DNA of 32,000 bases from Candidatus Kuenenia stuttgartensis (GTDB lineage: Bacteria; Planctomycetota; Brocadiia; Brocadiales; Brocadiaceae). The notes below the pieces were generated by a model that worked only from the letters and a program-made list of their open reading frames with translations, made no database searches and was not told the origin of the DNA. Positions 8,682-18,080 of the stretch are shown here, piece after piece. The position numbers and the translations under genes are program-made. Position 1 is the stretch's first letter. Each line of letters starts with the position of its first letter. Location of the stretch: the NCBI RefSeq assembly GCF_900232105.1, contig NZ_LT934425.1, positions 2,970,001 through 3,002,000 on the forward strand, in the 5' to 3' direction.

Positions 8682-9437
8682 TTAAATATCCTTTCTTTCC
8701 CTCACCTTTTCAATAAACCCAAACCCTCCGCTGTTCCTCGATCCCAATCCTGCCGCCAGTGCAAACTGCAGAAACTCAGGCTCGCCTTCCAGCCAGAAAT
8801 GGCCGGTCCATCCCTTTATAACGGTATCCTTAAAAGACCTTATCCTTTCCCTGCAATATTTCATTTGAACAGGTTCGGTCTTAATGCTATAGGGACATTC
8901 TTTTCTATGATACGCACACCATTTTTTCCTGAGATTTTCATTTATTAATGTGCTGTACTCAGATTCCGTCGGAGAGTAATAATACGTTTTTTTCGTACCA
9001 TCCCCCTTTAATAAGGTTGAATGTGTTTCTATGGGTGTTAGCGCATTGACCCGTATCTTATTTGTCTTAATATCTTCATCCTTGATAACCTCCACCGATG
9101 AGATGTTCATTAGATTCTTGCCAAACAGTAACTTTTCACTGAAAACGGTATTCTTTGCAACCTGTTCCAGAATCCAAAAGACAGGGGAAGATACGTAAAA
9201 GCTAACCATGTGGGGAAAGATGAATAATTCCTTTGATGATTGATACCTGCCTTTTTCAATAATGGAGGAAAAGGTGAATAGCTTAAAGGAACGGTTTTCC
9301 ACCTTAAAACCACCTTCATGCAGCCATTGAGCAGGTACCCTGTCGATAAGCCGGTAGATCAATGCCTGGGTTATAGCGTTAAACTCCTTTGGTAAAATAA
9401 TCTCTTTGTCCGATAGTAGGGATATTTTTAATCGCAT
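8682..9437 (-). CDS. cas6: CRISPR-associated endoribonuclease Cas6 (ORF track start 9521; family-like N-terminus begins at MRLKISLLSDKEIILPKEFN, 9437)
   Basis: C-terminal glycine-rich loop AAGLGSRNSGGFGFIE, N-terminal MRLKISLLS...LIYRLI, first gene of the cas operon. Confidence 0.92.
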   Translation of the reverse strand: MRLKISLLSDKEIILPKEFNAITQALIYRLIDRVPAQWLHEGGFKVENRSFKLFTFSSIIEKGRYQSSKELFIFPHMVSFYVSSPVFWILEQVAKNTVFSEKLLFGKNLMNISSVEVIKDEDIKTNKIRVNALTPIETHSTLLKGDGTKKTYYYSPTESEYSTLINENLRKKWCAYHRKECPYSIKTEPVQMKYCRERIRSFKDTVIKGWTGHFWLEGEPEFLQFALAAGLGSRNSGGFGFIEKVRERKDI

Positions 9438-9736
9438 AAAACACCAGCTAAGTAATGGAAGCCTATATTGTACGCACTTTAAATTAGGTTGGGTTTTTAA
9501 AATGCAAAAATCCAACGGCATTCATTTTTATCCACCCCTAACCCTTCCCAAGAGGGGAATTAGATGAGTCACAAAAAATCGGGAATGCCCCGAATACGCC
9601 ACCCTACTTCTTTAATCTTTTACTAATCTGTGGATTGTTTATTTTCATTCCCTTTTGTGAGCAACTGATCATGGATGTTTCATAGTAAATGATTACTATA
9701 AAATCCTTTAGAAAATCATCGCAAAACAAACATCAA

Positions 9737-10816
9737 TCAGGAATAAGGGTCTGATACACTGGCATCCTGAAAGGTTGCCATTTCATTTAATAATTTTACG
9801 CCGGCTTCTATCAGATTGATTCCCAGTGCTGCACCTGTTCCTTCTCCCAGGCGCATATTTAAATTCAATAATGGTTCTTTTCCCAAAAACTTTAACATGT
9901 GTTTGTGGCCTTGTTCCCCGGAGACATGGGATGCGATAAAATAATTGCCTGCCTTTGGTTCTAAGGCACTGGCAATTATTGCACCTGCTGTGGAAATAAA
10001 ACCGTCGAGAACGATGGGGATGCGATGGCGGGCAGCGCCAAGACACAAACCGACAATGCCGCCTATTTCGTAGCCTCCCACTTTTGCCAGGACATCAATC
10101 GGGTCATTCGGGTCGGGACGGTTAATGGCGATTGCTTTCTCTATGACAGCGATTTTTTTCTGTACCGCTTGATCATTTAGTCCGGTTCCGCGTCCGGTTG
10201 CCACGGAAACATCAACATTCCCTAAAACGGAAAAGATGGCGCTGCTGGGAGTCGTGTTGGCAATCCCCATGTCGCCCAGTCCAATAATGTCCAATCCGTC
10301 CTGAAGTTCTTCTTCGATGAGTTCTATGCCCATTTCAATGGATTTAACAGCGTCTTCCCTGGACATTGCCGGCCCCAACGCCATATTATTTGTGCCGTGT
10401 TTCCATTTTTTTATCTTGAGACCCGGAGAAGGAGGAATGTTTGAGGCGACGCCGCAATCCACCACAATTACCTTTGCACCGGTTTGCCTTGCCAGGACGT
10501 TGATAGCTGCCCCTTCACGAATAAAATTTTGTACCATTTCGCGGGTAACTTGCTGAGGGAATGCGCTTACCCCTTCCGCAATAACACCATGATCCCCTGC
10601 AAGTGTAAATATCTTTTTATGCCTTATTCCGCAAGAGAGGCTTCCTTTTATTGAATAATATATGGTTGCCAGTTCTTCCAGCCTTCCCAAACTTCCCCTT
10701 GGTATAGCAAGAGTATCAAACCTGGCCTTAATGTGCCCCTGCGGGTCAATTAGAACGGTTTCTATGTTTTCGATAGTTTGTTTTAGATATGGCATTTGCG
10801 GGTATATATGTTGCAT
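9737..10816 (-). CDS. cobT: Nicotinate-nucleotide--dimethylbenzimidazole phosphoribosyltransferase
   Basis: 359 aa; FTLAGDHGVIAEGVSAFPQQVTREMVQNF, DIIGLGDMGIANTTPSSA, GRGTGLND, HVSGEQGHKHMLKFLGKEPLLNLNMRLGEGTGAALGI. Confidence 0.95.
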   Translation of the reverse strand: MQHIYPQMPYLKQTIENIETVLIDPQGHIKARFDTLAIPRGSLGRLEELATIYYSIKGSLSCGIRHKKIFTLAGDHGVIAEGVSAFPQQVTREMVQNFIREGAAINVLARQTGAKVIVVDCGVASNIPPSPGLKIKKWKHGTNNMALGPAMSREDAVKSIEMGIELIEEELQDGLDIIGLGDMGIANTTPSSAIFSVLGNVDVSVATGRGTGLNDQAVQKKIAVIEKAIAINRPDPNDPIDVLAKVGGYEIGGIVGLCLGAARHRIPIVLDGFISTAGAIIASALEPKAGNYFIASHVSGEQGHKHMLKFLGKEPLLNLNMRLGEGTGAALGINLIEAGVKLLNEMATFQDASVSDPYS

Positions 10817-10988
10817 TCGGTTGTAAGTTTTTTTATAGTGAGACTTATGGAATTGCCACGGAAGAATGCCTTTTTTGTAAGGTTTTTATTTACCTGCCCA
10901 GTGTGCTTTGTGTTTGAAATCTTATCTGATGCGGCATTGCTGCGCTATGTTAATATATATCAGTAAATAAATTCAAGTCATATTTGTC

Positions 10989-12704
10989 ATGAAGAATTCT
11001 ACCCATTTAATAGAGCAGGTCTTACTCAACAAGATAATAGATAAAGACCAGTTAAAAAAGGCGAAAGAAATACAGTCTAAAAAACTAATTGGGCTGGAAG
11101 ATGCACTGGTGGAGCTTGGCTATACCACCCATAAGGAGATAATTAAATGTTTATCATGGCATTATGATTTGCCGGTGCTTGATCTTGCGAACCTGGAGAT
11201 ACCTGACGAAATAATTAATTTACTGCCCACGCACATTATTAAAAAAAACGGTATTTTACCCATATCAAAAAAAAGCGGCGTGATAACCATAGCAACGAGT
11301 CGGCCTCCCGACCTTGGATTTATGGATAATTTACGGTTTATATTGGGTTCGGATATTAAATTTATTCTTGCCACCGCTGAACAGATTGCATATGCCTTTC
11401 GCAAAAACTGTCATAATGAATCAACTGAAATGGTAGGTTCGTTGCTGAAAGAAATAAGGATGGGCGATGTCACCATAGTTCAAACGGAGAGTGAATCTGG
11501 CGGGGCATATCGGAGTGAAGCCAAATCCGCAGAAGACGACAGCCCTGTTATACAATTAGTTTCGCTTATTATAAATAAAGCCATTGTTGCACGTGCGAGC
11601 GATATCCATGTTGAGCCGCTTTTAAGCAAGCTGCGCATCCGTTATCGCATTGATGGCGTATGCCAGGAGGCGGAAGTCTTACCAAAAAATCTTCAGGATT
11701 CAATTATTTCCCGCATAAAAATACTTACCGATATGGATATTTCTGAAAAAAGGAGGCCGCAGGACGGAAGGATAAGCCTTTATCTTTCAGGGAAGGATAT
11801 GGATATACGTGTATCATGCCTACCTTCCATTTACGGTGAAAGCATTGTTATGCGTTTACTGGAAAAATCACAAACGCTGATGTGTATTAAAAATCTTGGA
11901 CTTTGCACAAGTGATTTTCAGCGTTTTCAATCGATTATTAAAATGCCAAACGGTATATTTCTCATTACAGGCCCTACCGGCAGCGGGAAAACGACAACGC
12001 TCTACGCAATTATTAATGAACTCAACCAGACGGGCGTAAAAATTGTTACGGCGGAAGATCCCGTTGAATACACAATAAAAGGCGTTAATCAAAGCGAGGT
12101 GCATGATAAAATCGGTTTTACTTTCCCAAAGATTTTAAGGACTATGCTCCGTCAGGACCCAAATGTTATACTTGTCGGGGAAATCCGTGATACAGAAACT
12201 GCGGATATTGCAATTGCTTCCGCCCTGACAGGACACCTTGTCCTCAGCACCCTTCATACGAACGATGCACCCTCCGCCATTACCAGGCTCATTGATATGA
12301 ACATTAAACCGTTTCTTGTTTCGACCTCTTTGCAGGGAATCATGGCGCAACGGCTGGTGAGGGCGATATGCCACGATTGCAGGGAACAGACGCATTATAC
12401 GCCGGAACAAATCACGCAAATGGGTTTCGATCCAGGCATGTTTACGGAATATTATTTCTATAAGGGAAAAGGGTGCAAGAAGTGCAATAATATTGGTTTT
12501 AAAGGCAGGATCGGCATATACGAACTTTTGGAGATGAATGAGACCATGCGCGATATGGCGTACAACGCAGCTTCTACCGATGAAATGAGAAAAGCGGCAA
12601 AAACAGCGGGAATGACCACGCTGAAAGAGGACGGCATCAGGAAGGCAAAAGAAGGCAGGACCACCCTGGAAGAGATATTCAGGGTGACCGGAACGGAAGA
12701 GTGA
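10989..12704 (+). CDS. GspE/PulE/PilB-family type II secretion/type IV pilus ATPase (copy 1)
   Basis: 571 aa; MshEN-like N-terminus, Walker A GPTGSGKTTTLYA, ILVGEIRDTETADIAIASALTGHLVLSTLHTNDAPSAITRL, tetracysteine CHDCREQ...CKKC. Confidence 0.92.
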   Translation: MKNSTHLIEQVLLNKIIDKDQLKKAKEIQSKKLIGLEDALVELGYTTHKEIIKCLSWHYDLPVLDLANLEIPDEIINLLPTHIIKKNGILPISKKSGVITIATSRPPDLGFMDNLRFILGSDIKFILATAEQIAYAFRKNCHNESTEMVGSLLKEIRMGDVTIVQTESESGGAYRSEAKSAEDDSPVIQLVSLIINKAIVARASDIHVEPLLSKLRIRYRIDGVCQEAEVLPKNLQDSIISRIKILTDMDISEKRRPQDGRISLYLSGKDMDIRVSCLPSIYGESIVMRLLEKSQTLMCIKNLGLCTSDFQRFQSIIKMPNGIFLITGPTGSGKTTTLYAIINELNQTGVKIVTAEDPVEYTIKGVNQSEVHDKIGFTFPKILRTMLRQDPNVILVGEIRDTETADIAIASALTGHLVLSTLHTNDAPSAITRLIDMNIKPFLVSTSLQGIMAQRLVRAICHDCREQTHYTPEQITQMGFDPGMFTEYYFYKGKGCKKCNNIGFKGRIGIYELLEMNETMRDMAYNAASTDEMRKAAKTAGMTTLKEDGIRKAKEGRTTLEEIFRVTGTEE

Positions 12705-14458
12705 AAACGATGCAGGCAAAAAGTAAATCAAAACCGGATGCAAAAAGCGACGCACAAAGAAGACTCTTTGGGCAATTGCTGAAAGAAAATGGGTTTGCCA
12801 CAGAAGATCAAATCCAGGAAGCCCTTGCAGTGCAAAAGCAGAATGGGGGGTTGCTGGGAGATATTCTTATTAGCATGAACTATGTGACGGATCCGCAAAT
12901 AATGCAGGTGTTGAGCGAATACCTGGGAGTGGAAATTGTAAATATAGAAGATAGAGAAGTGCCGGGAGATGTGATTAATTTAGTGCCCGCTGCCATTGCG
13001 CAATTGTATAGAATTATCCCTATAAGTTATGAACAGGAGAAACAGGTTATTACGATTGCCCAGGCGAACGCCCTTGCAATTGAAACATTGGATGACTTAC
13101 GATTGGTGCTGAAACTCAACGTGAAACCGGTACTTTGCCACAAAGATTCCGTAGCCCGCGCCCTGGAAAAATATTATCCCAAAAAACATGAGTCTGTGGA
13201 GCAGTTGCTACTGGAGTTTAAGGAGGATAAGTCATATGCGCAATCTGTTTCAGGGAATTACATAGATATTGAAGAACTAAAGAAAATGGCGTCTACCGCC
13301 CCGGTGAAGAAATGGGTAGGCCTTATGTTTTTATATGCGGTTCTGGATAAAGCAAGCGATATTCATTATGAGGCTTTTGAGGATAGCTTTCGGGTACGGT
13401 ACCGGATAGACGGCGTATTGTATGAAAGGGTGTCCCCACCCAGAGAGCTTGGCATTCCTATTAATTCCAGGATAAAGGTAATGGCGGGAATGGATATCTC
13501 GGAAAGAAGACTGCCGCAGGATGGAAGGATAAAACTGAATGTTGGCGGCGCGTCAATAGATTTGCGTGTTTCTACGCTTCCGACAAAATTCGGGGAAAGC
13601 ATTGTGATGCGACTGCTCGATAAGTCGGCGGTATCACTTAGTTTGGACAAGCTGGGGTTCAGGTCTGAAGAATTAAAAAATATCTATCAATTGCTGAATA
13701 TCCCGAATGGTATAATTCTCGTTACAGGCCCTACGGGGTCTGGCAAGACGACTACATTGTACGCCGCATTAAACTATTTGAACGAAATAACCACTAAGAT
13801 AATAACCACTGAAGATCCTGTAGAATATGATGTTGACGGGCTTATTCAGGTGCAGGTAAACCCGTCGATAGGCGTTGACTTTGCAAGTTGCCTGCGGTCT
13901 ATTTTGCGCCAGGATCCTGATATTATACTTGTTGGTGAAATCAGGGATGAGGAAACGGCCAGGATTGCCATACAGGCTTCATTGACGGGTCATTTGGTTT
14001 TTAGTACGTTACACACAAACGACGCCCCGCTTACGATAACGCGTTTAATTGATATCGGTGTTAAACCTTATTTGATTGCTTCAACACTGGAATGTGTCAT
14101 CAGCCAGCGGTTGGTAAGGAAAATATGTGCATCATGCAAAGAAGAATATGAGCCTTCCGATGAATTGTTAAATGAGTTGAATCTCACAAAAGCCATAGCG
14201 GAGGGAAAAAGATTTTTCCGGGGGAGAGGGTGTAGTGATTGCAGAAAAATCGGATACAGGGGACGTATGGGTATATATGAAATAATGCCTGTCAATGAAG
14301 AAATACGGGGTTTAATTACCGAACAGGCAAGTACAAATGTAATAAGGAATGTTGCAAGAAAAAACGGCATGAATACATTGCGCGAAAACGGACTAAAAGC
14401 AATTTTTGAGGGGCAAACAACGGTTGAAGAGGTTGTACGTGAAACCATTTCCACATAA
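12701..14458 (+). CDS. pilB: GspE/PulE/PilB-family type II secretion/type IV pilus ATPase (copy 2)
   Basis: 585 aa; Walker A GPTGSGKTTTLYA, GEIRDEETARIAIQASLTGHLVFSTLHTNDAPLTITRL, CASC...CSDC; 4-nt overlap with copy 1. Confidence 0.92.
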   Translation: MKTMQAKSKSKPDAKSDAQRRLFGQLLKENGFATEDQIQEALAVQKQNGGLLGDILISMNYVTDPQIMQVLSEYLGVEIVNIEDREVPGDVINLVPAAIAQLYRIIPISYEQEKQVITIAQANALAIETLDDLRLVLKLNVKPVLCHKDSVARALEKYYPKKHESVEQLLLEFKEDKSYAQSVSGNYIDIEELKKMASTAPVKKWVGLMFLYAVLDKASDIHYEAFEDSFRVRYRIDGVLYERVSPPRELGIPINSRIKVMAGMDISERRLPQDGRIKLNVGGASIDLRVSTLPTKFGESIVMRLLDKSAVSLSLDKLGFRSEELKNIYQLLNIPNGIILVTGPTGSGKTTTLYAALNYLNEITTKIITTEDPVEYDVDGLIQVQVNPSIGVDFASCLRSILRQDPDIILVGEIRDEETARIAIQASLTGHLVFSTLHTNDAPLTITRLIDIGVKPYLIASTLECVISQRLVRKICASCKEEYEPSDELLNELNLTKAIAEGKRFFRGRGCSDCRKIGYRGRMGIYEIMPVNEEIRGLITEQASTNVIRNVARKNGMNTLRENGLKAIFEGQTTVEEVVRETIST

Positions 14459-14658
14459 GCGCTAAGTTAACATTACGGATTAATTTAACCGTGTAATGAA
14501 ATTTACATATTCGCGTTTATTAGCGTCATTGGCGGTTCCTTTATTAACCGTGAATACACGCAAATAGACGCTAATGAAAAACGAATATCGAACAAGGAAT
14601 TTCGAATTATGAAGTTTTCTTATCCTCCGACATTCATTTCATGGGGTCAGGACGAAAC

Positions 14659-14691
14659 AACCCTGACAGGGTTACAAACCCTGTCAGGGTT
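14659..14691. repeat. Paired palindromic 15-mers AACCCTGACAGGGTT-ACA-AACCCTGTCAGGGTT
   Basis: Each 15-mer is the exact reverse complement of the other, and each is itself AACCCTG-N-CAGGGTT. Confidence 0.85.
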
Positions 14692-14781
14692 AACACTACG
14701 GTAACGTTTTATTAAAACATGGCGGAAGTCGCAAAAAATCAGGAATGCACCCGCTTAGGGGGGTTGTTTCTTTAAATTAAA

Positions 14782-16050
14782 TTGAGAGATTATGTAATGT
14801 CCATTTTTCAATATTATGCGGTAAACAGTACAGGAAAGAAGATAAAGGAGAGGATAGAAGCGGCATCATCGGAGGAGGCGATTTCTAAAATCCGCGGATT
14901 AGGCTATTTCCCTACCGGCATAAAAGAATTAACTGTACGTGGAAAATCGGCGGAACAACATGCCGCGAAAACGCAGAAGAAAAAATTTGGCGAGATAAAT
15001 ATATCTATTGGAGGAGTAAAGTCTAAGCATTTGACGCTGTTTACGCGTCAGTTATCCACATTACAGGATGCGGGTTTGCCCATAATCAGGAGTTTGCAGA
15101 TACTTGCCGCACAGCTTAAAAAAGGCATGCTGAAAAAAACGGTGCTGAAGGTCATTGAAAATATTGAAGGCGGAAGCACATTTTCGGGAGCGCTTGCAAG
15201 ACATCCGCGGGTATTCGACAAGCTATACGTAAATATTGTCAAAGCTGGTGAAATAAGTGGTTCATTGGATATCATTTTGAGGAGACTGGCTGATTTCAGG
15301 GAAAAGATGGAACGGCTTATCCGAAAAATAATAACCGCTATGATTTATCCTTCTGTGGTGGTCGTGGTTGCTGCGGCAATCCTTATAGGCCTTATGATCT
15401 TTGTCGTACCCAATTTTGCGAAAATATTCGATGAACTGGGATTAGACCTGCCTGCCCCAACCAGGATGCTGATTCAGTTCAGCACTGCTCTTAAGACAAA
15501 TTGGATGTATTTGCCTGCCGTGCCCGTTGGAACTTTTATTTTTTACAAACTCGTAAGAATGATTAAGAAGGTGAGGCTGCTCATTGACCGGGCAAAATTT
15601 AAGATACCGGTTTTTGGGGCAATAATAAATAAATCTACCGTATCCCGGTTTACCCGTACCCTTGCGACGTTAACATCAAGCGGTGTGCCTATTTTAGATT
15701 CGCTCATAAATTCGAAAGATACCACCGGAAATGCCGCTGTTGCCCAGGCGATACAAAATATTCATGATAGTATCCGCAGCGGAGAAACTATCGCAAAACC
15801 GCTGCGTGAATCAAAGATTTGCAATGAAATAGTCGTCAATATGGTTGAGGTAGGAGAGGAAACTGGCGAGCTGGAAAAAATGCTTACAAAGGTTGCCGAC
15901 AACTATGACGATGAAGTGGACAGGGCTGTTGAAGGGCTTGTAAGCCTGATAGAACCGATTATGATTGTGTTTTTGGGTGGTTCGGTTGGGTTTATTGTAA
16001 TCGCCATGTTTCTGCCTCTCGTAAAATTGATGCAGAGTATCGGCGGGTAA
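14782..16050 (+). CDS. pilC: Type II secretion F / PilC-family inner-membrane protein (probable start at the ATG ~14797-14809 or at the ORF start)
   Basis: 422 aa; LFTRQLSTLQDAGLPIIRSLQILAAQ, FARTLATLTSSGVPILDSL, VVNMVEVGEETGELEKMLTKVADNYDDEVDRAVEGLVSLIEPIMIVFLGG. Confidence 0.93.
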   Translation: MRDYVMSIFQYYAVNSTGKKIKERIEAASSEEAISKIRGLGYFPTGIKELTVRGKSAEQHAAKTQKKKFGEINISIGGVKSKHLTLFTRQLSTLQDAGLPIIRSLQILAAQLKKGMLKKTVLKVIENIEGGSTFSGALARHPRVFDKLYVNIVKAGEISGSLDIILRRLADFREKMERLIRKIITAMIYPSVVVVVAAAILIGLMIFVVPNFAKIFDELGLDLPAPTRMLIQFSTALKTNWMYLPAVPVGTFIFYKLVRMIKKVRLLIDRAKFKIPVFGAIINKSTVSRFTRTLATLTSSGVPILDSLINSKDTTGNAAVAQAIQNIHDSIRSGETIAKPLRESKICNEIVVNMVEVGEETGELEKMLTKVADNYDDEVDRAVEGLVSLIEPIMIVFLGGSVGFIVIAMFLPLVKLMQSIGG

Positions 16051-16282
16051 CATTTGTAGTAAATCAGAGATTTTAAACTACAGTCGGCAATCGGCAAATT
16101 GCAGATTGGGGATTGGGATTGGGATTGAAAACTGAGGACTGAATCACGAGAGGCGAGAGACGAGGGAAACAACCTCGGGGTTATTTTGTACCGATCCCAT
16201 GAACGGTTACAAAAAATCGGGAATGCTCTGGCTTTGGACAGGACAAAAACGAAATTTAACATGTTTTATAAAAGGTGCTATA

Positions 16283-16798
16283 GTGATAGTTTACTCCGGA
16301 ATAAGAATAAGTGTAAGGAAGGATGAAGTTGCTCTTGATGACGGAAGAAAGGTGATGCGGGAGGTAGTTGACCATCCCGGCTCTGCCGCCATCATTCCTT
16401 TTATTGCAAACGATGAGATTCTGTTAATTAAACAATACCGGTATGCGGTAAACGAAACGATATATGAAATACCAGCCGGTACCCTTGATGAAGGCGAGAC
16501 TTTTTTTGAATGTGCAAACCGGGAACTGGAAGAAGAAACAGGGTATAAAGCAGGCATTCTTACCCCTTTGTCGGTCATTTATCCGTCTCCCGGTATTTTG
16601 AATGAAACCATGCATCTTTATAAGGCAACAAACCTGATCAAAACGAAAACGAATCATCAGGCAGATGAATCAATCAAAGGGATTGTTGCGATTAAAGTAA
16701 AAGAAGCGTCTGAAATGATAAAAAGGGGGGAGATCAAAGATGCAAAAACGGTGTGCTGTATTTTAATGACGATTTCGGGGGTTCACGTTTTTAAATAA
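16283..16798 (+). CDS. NUDIX hydrolase, ADP-ribose pyrophosphatase-like
   Basis: NUDIX box GTLDEGETFFECANRELEEETGYKAG; GTG start at 16283 preceded by AAAGG (16271-16275). The ORF-track ATG at 16199 adds 28 non-family residues overlapping a dispersed repeat. Confidence 0.88.
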   Translation: MIVYSGIRISVRKDEVALDDGRKVMREVVDHPGSAAIIPFIANDEILLIKQYRYAVNETIYEIPAGTLDEGETFFECANRELEEETGYKAGILTPLSVIYPSPGILNETMHLYKATNLIKTKTNHQADESIKGIVAIKVKEASEMIKRGEIKDAKTVCCILMTISGVHVFK

Positions 16799-16870
16799 AG
16801 CACGTTTGTGAGTACGTTAAGTATATTTTATTGACAACAAGTGAAACGCTATGATAGGGGGCTCTCTGAT

Positions 16871-18058
16871 TCAGGGGCTGGTAAGTGATTTGGCAAAATC
16901 ATATCCGAAGATTGAACACTTTTTCAAAATTTCTTCTGTAGGGATAAAATTAGCTTTTAGGGAAGGTTGCACAACATTTAACTTTAGGCCTCTTAAACGG
17001 TCTTCCATTAGTTTAACTGCTTCTCCGCTCCATCCATACGTGCCAAATGTTGCACATTTCCTGCCTTTAATGTTAAGACTAAATAAAATATTCATCATAT
17101 CCCACATGTGTTTTACCGCATCTCCATTCATTGTTGGCGAACCAAACAGCAACCCATCGGCAGATTCTATTTCGAACCGTGCATGTTCCGGAGAAATAGC
17201 GGCAACATCCAACAGCTTTGCTTCACTGCTTACCGTACAAGCGCCTTTTGCTATCGCCTCCGCCATTTTTTTTGTATTCCCATAGACAGATACATATAAA
17301 ATTACGATGAGTTTTTTGCTCCGGGGGGGGAGTGGCGTGCTCCACTCTTTATATGCCTTTATGTATTTTTGCGGGTCTGTTCTTAATATAGGGCCGTGGC
17401 TGGGAGCAATCATTTTTATGTCGAGTTGATTTGTTTTGTCTAACGCTTCAAGTATTTTTTTTCTGAAGGGACCCATTATGTGCTCAAAATAATATCTGAA
17501 ATCTTCAAAAAATTCATCCACCCTGTCATCAAAAAGCCTTTCATCGCAAAAATGGGTGGCAAATCCATCACAGGGAAACAGTATCGCATCGTCATGCAAA
17601 TAAGTAAACATGGTATCCGGCCAATGCCAGAATGGGGCATGAATAAACTGTAATTGTCTGTTTCCCAGAGAAATGCATTCGCCGTCCTCAACCGTTTTTC
17701 CGTTAAACTCAGAGTTAAGAATGTTTTTCAGAAACATTGAGGCGGTCTTTGTTGATAAGACCTGGGCATTTTTAGCTAGTTTTAATAGCTGTCCTAGCGA
17801 TCCGGTATGGTCCATTTCCGTGTGATTTACCACAATATAGCAAATGTCTTTAAGTGGTATTAACGATTGCAGTTTATTGAGATATTCAGGGGTAAATTTT
17901 TCATGAACGCCATCAATGATTGTTGGTTTATCCGCCATGATAAGATAGGAATTATACGTGCTGCCAAACCGGGTTTCAAAAACAACGTCGAAAGTCCTGA
18001 GGGTGGCATGTAAGACGCCTGTCCAATAAACGCTATTTGTAAGTTGCAATGTCTGCAT
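16871..18058 (-). CDS. Flavodiiron protein (FprA/A-type flavoprotein)
   Basis: 395 aa; diiron ligand motif NHTEMDHTGS, HAPFWHWPDTMFTY, SHGPI, C-terminal flavodoxin domain ILYVSVYGNTKKMAEAIAKG. Confidence 0.92.
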   Translation of the reverse strand: MQTLQLTNSVYWTGVLHATLRTFDVVFETRFGSTYNSYLIMADKPTIIDGVHEKFTPEYLNKLQSLIPLKDICYIVVNHTEMDHTGSLGQLLKLAKNAQVLSTKTASMFLKNILNSEFNGKTVEDGECISLGNRQLQFIHAPFWHWPDTMFTYLHDDAILFPCDGFATHFCDERLFDDRVDEFFEDFRYYFEHIMGPFRKKILEALDKTNQLDIKMIAPSHGPILRTDPQKYIKAYKEWSTPLPPRSKKLIVILYVSVYGNTKKMAEAIAKGACTVSSEAKLLDVAAISPEHARFEIESADGLLFGSPTMNGDAVKHMWDMMNILFSLNIKGRKCATFGTYGWSGEAVKLMEDRLRGLKLNVVQPSLKANFIPTEEILKKCSIFGYDFAKSLTSP

Positions 18059-18080
18059 TGATTATAAGAGATTAGCTGTT

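Noticed and set aside
10817-10988. Possible cobalamin riboswitch upstream of cobT
   Set aside because: A loose CCGTGGCAATTCC segment exists on the minus strand, but I could not find a convincing B12 box or the full core layout. An Infernal/Rfam scan would be decisive.
12135-12755. 206-aa minus-strand ORF across the first PilB
   Set aside because: Opposite a strongly conserved ATPase region and lacking any family signature; most likely a shadow ORF.
10989-16050. Complete type IV pilus or competence locus
   Set aside because: Only ATPases and the PilC/GspF platform are present in the window. No pilin, prepilin peptidase, secretin or PilT can be supported.
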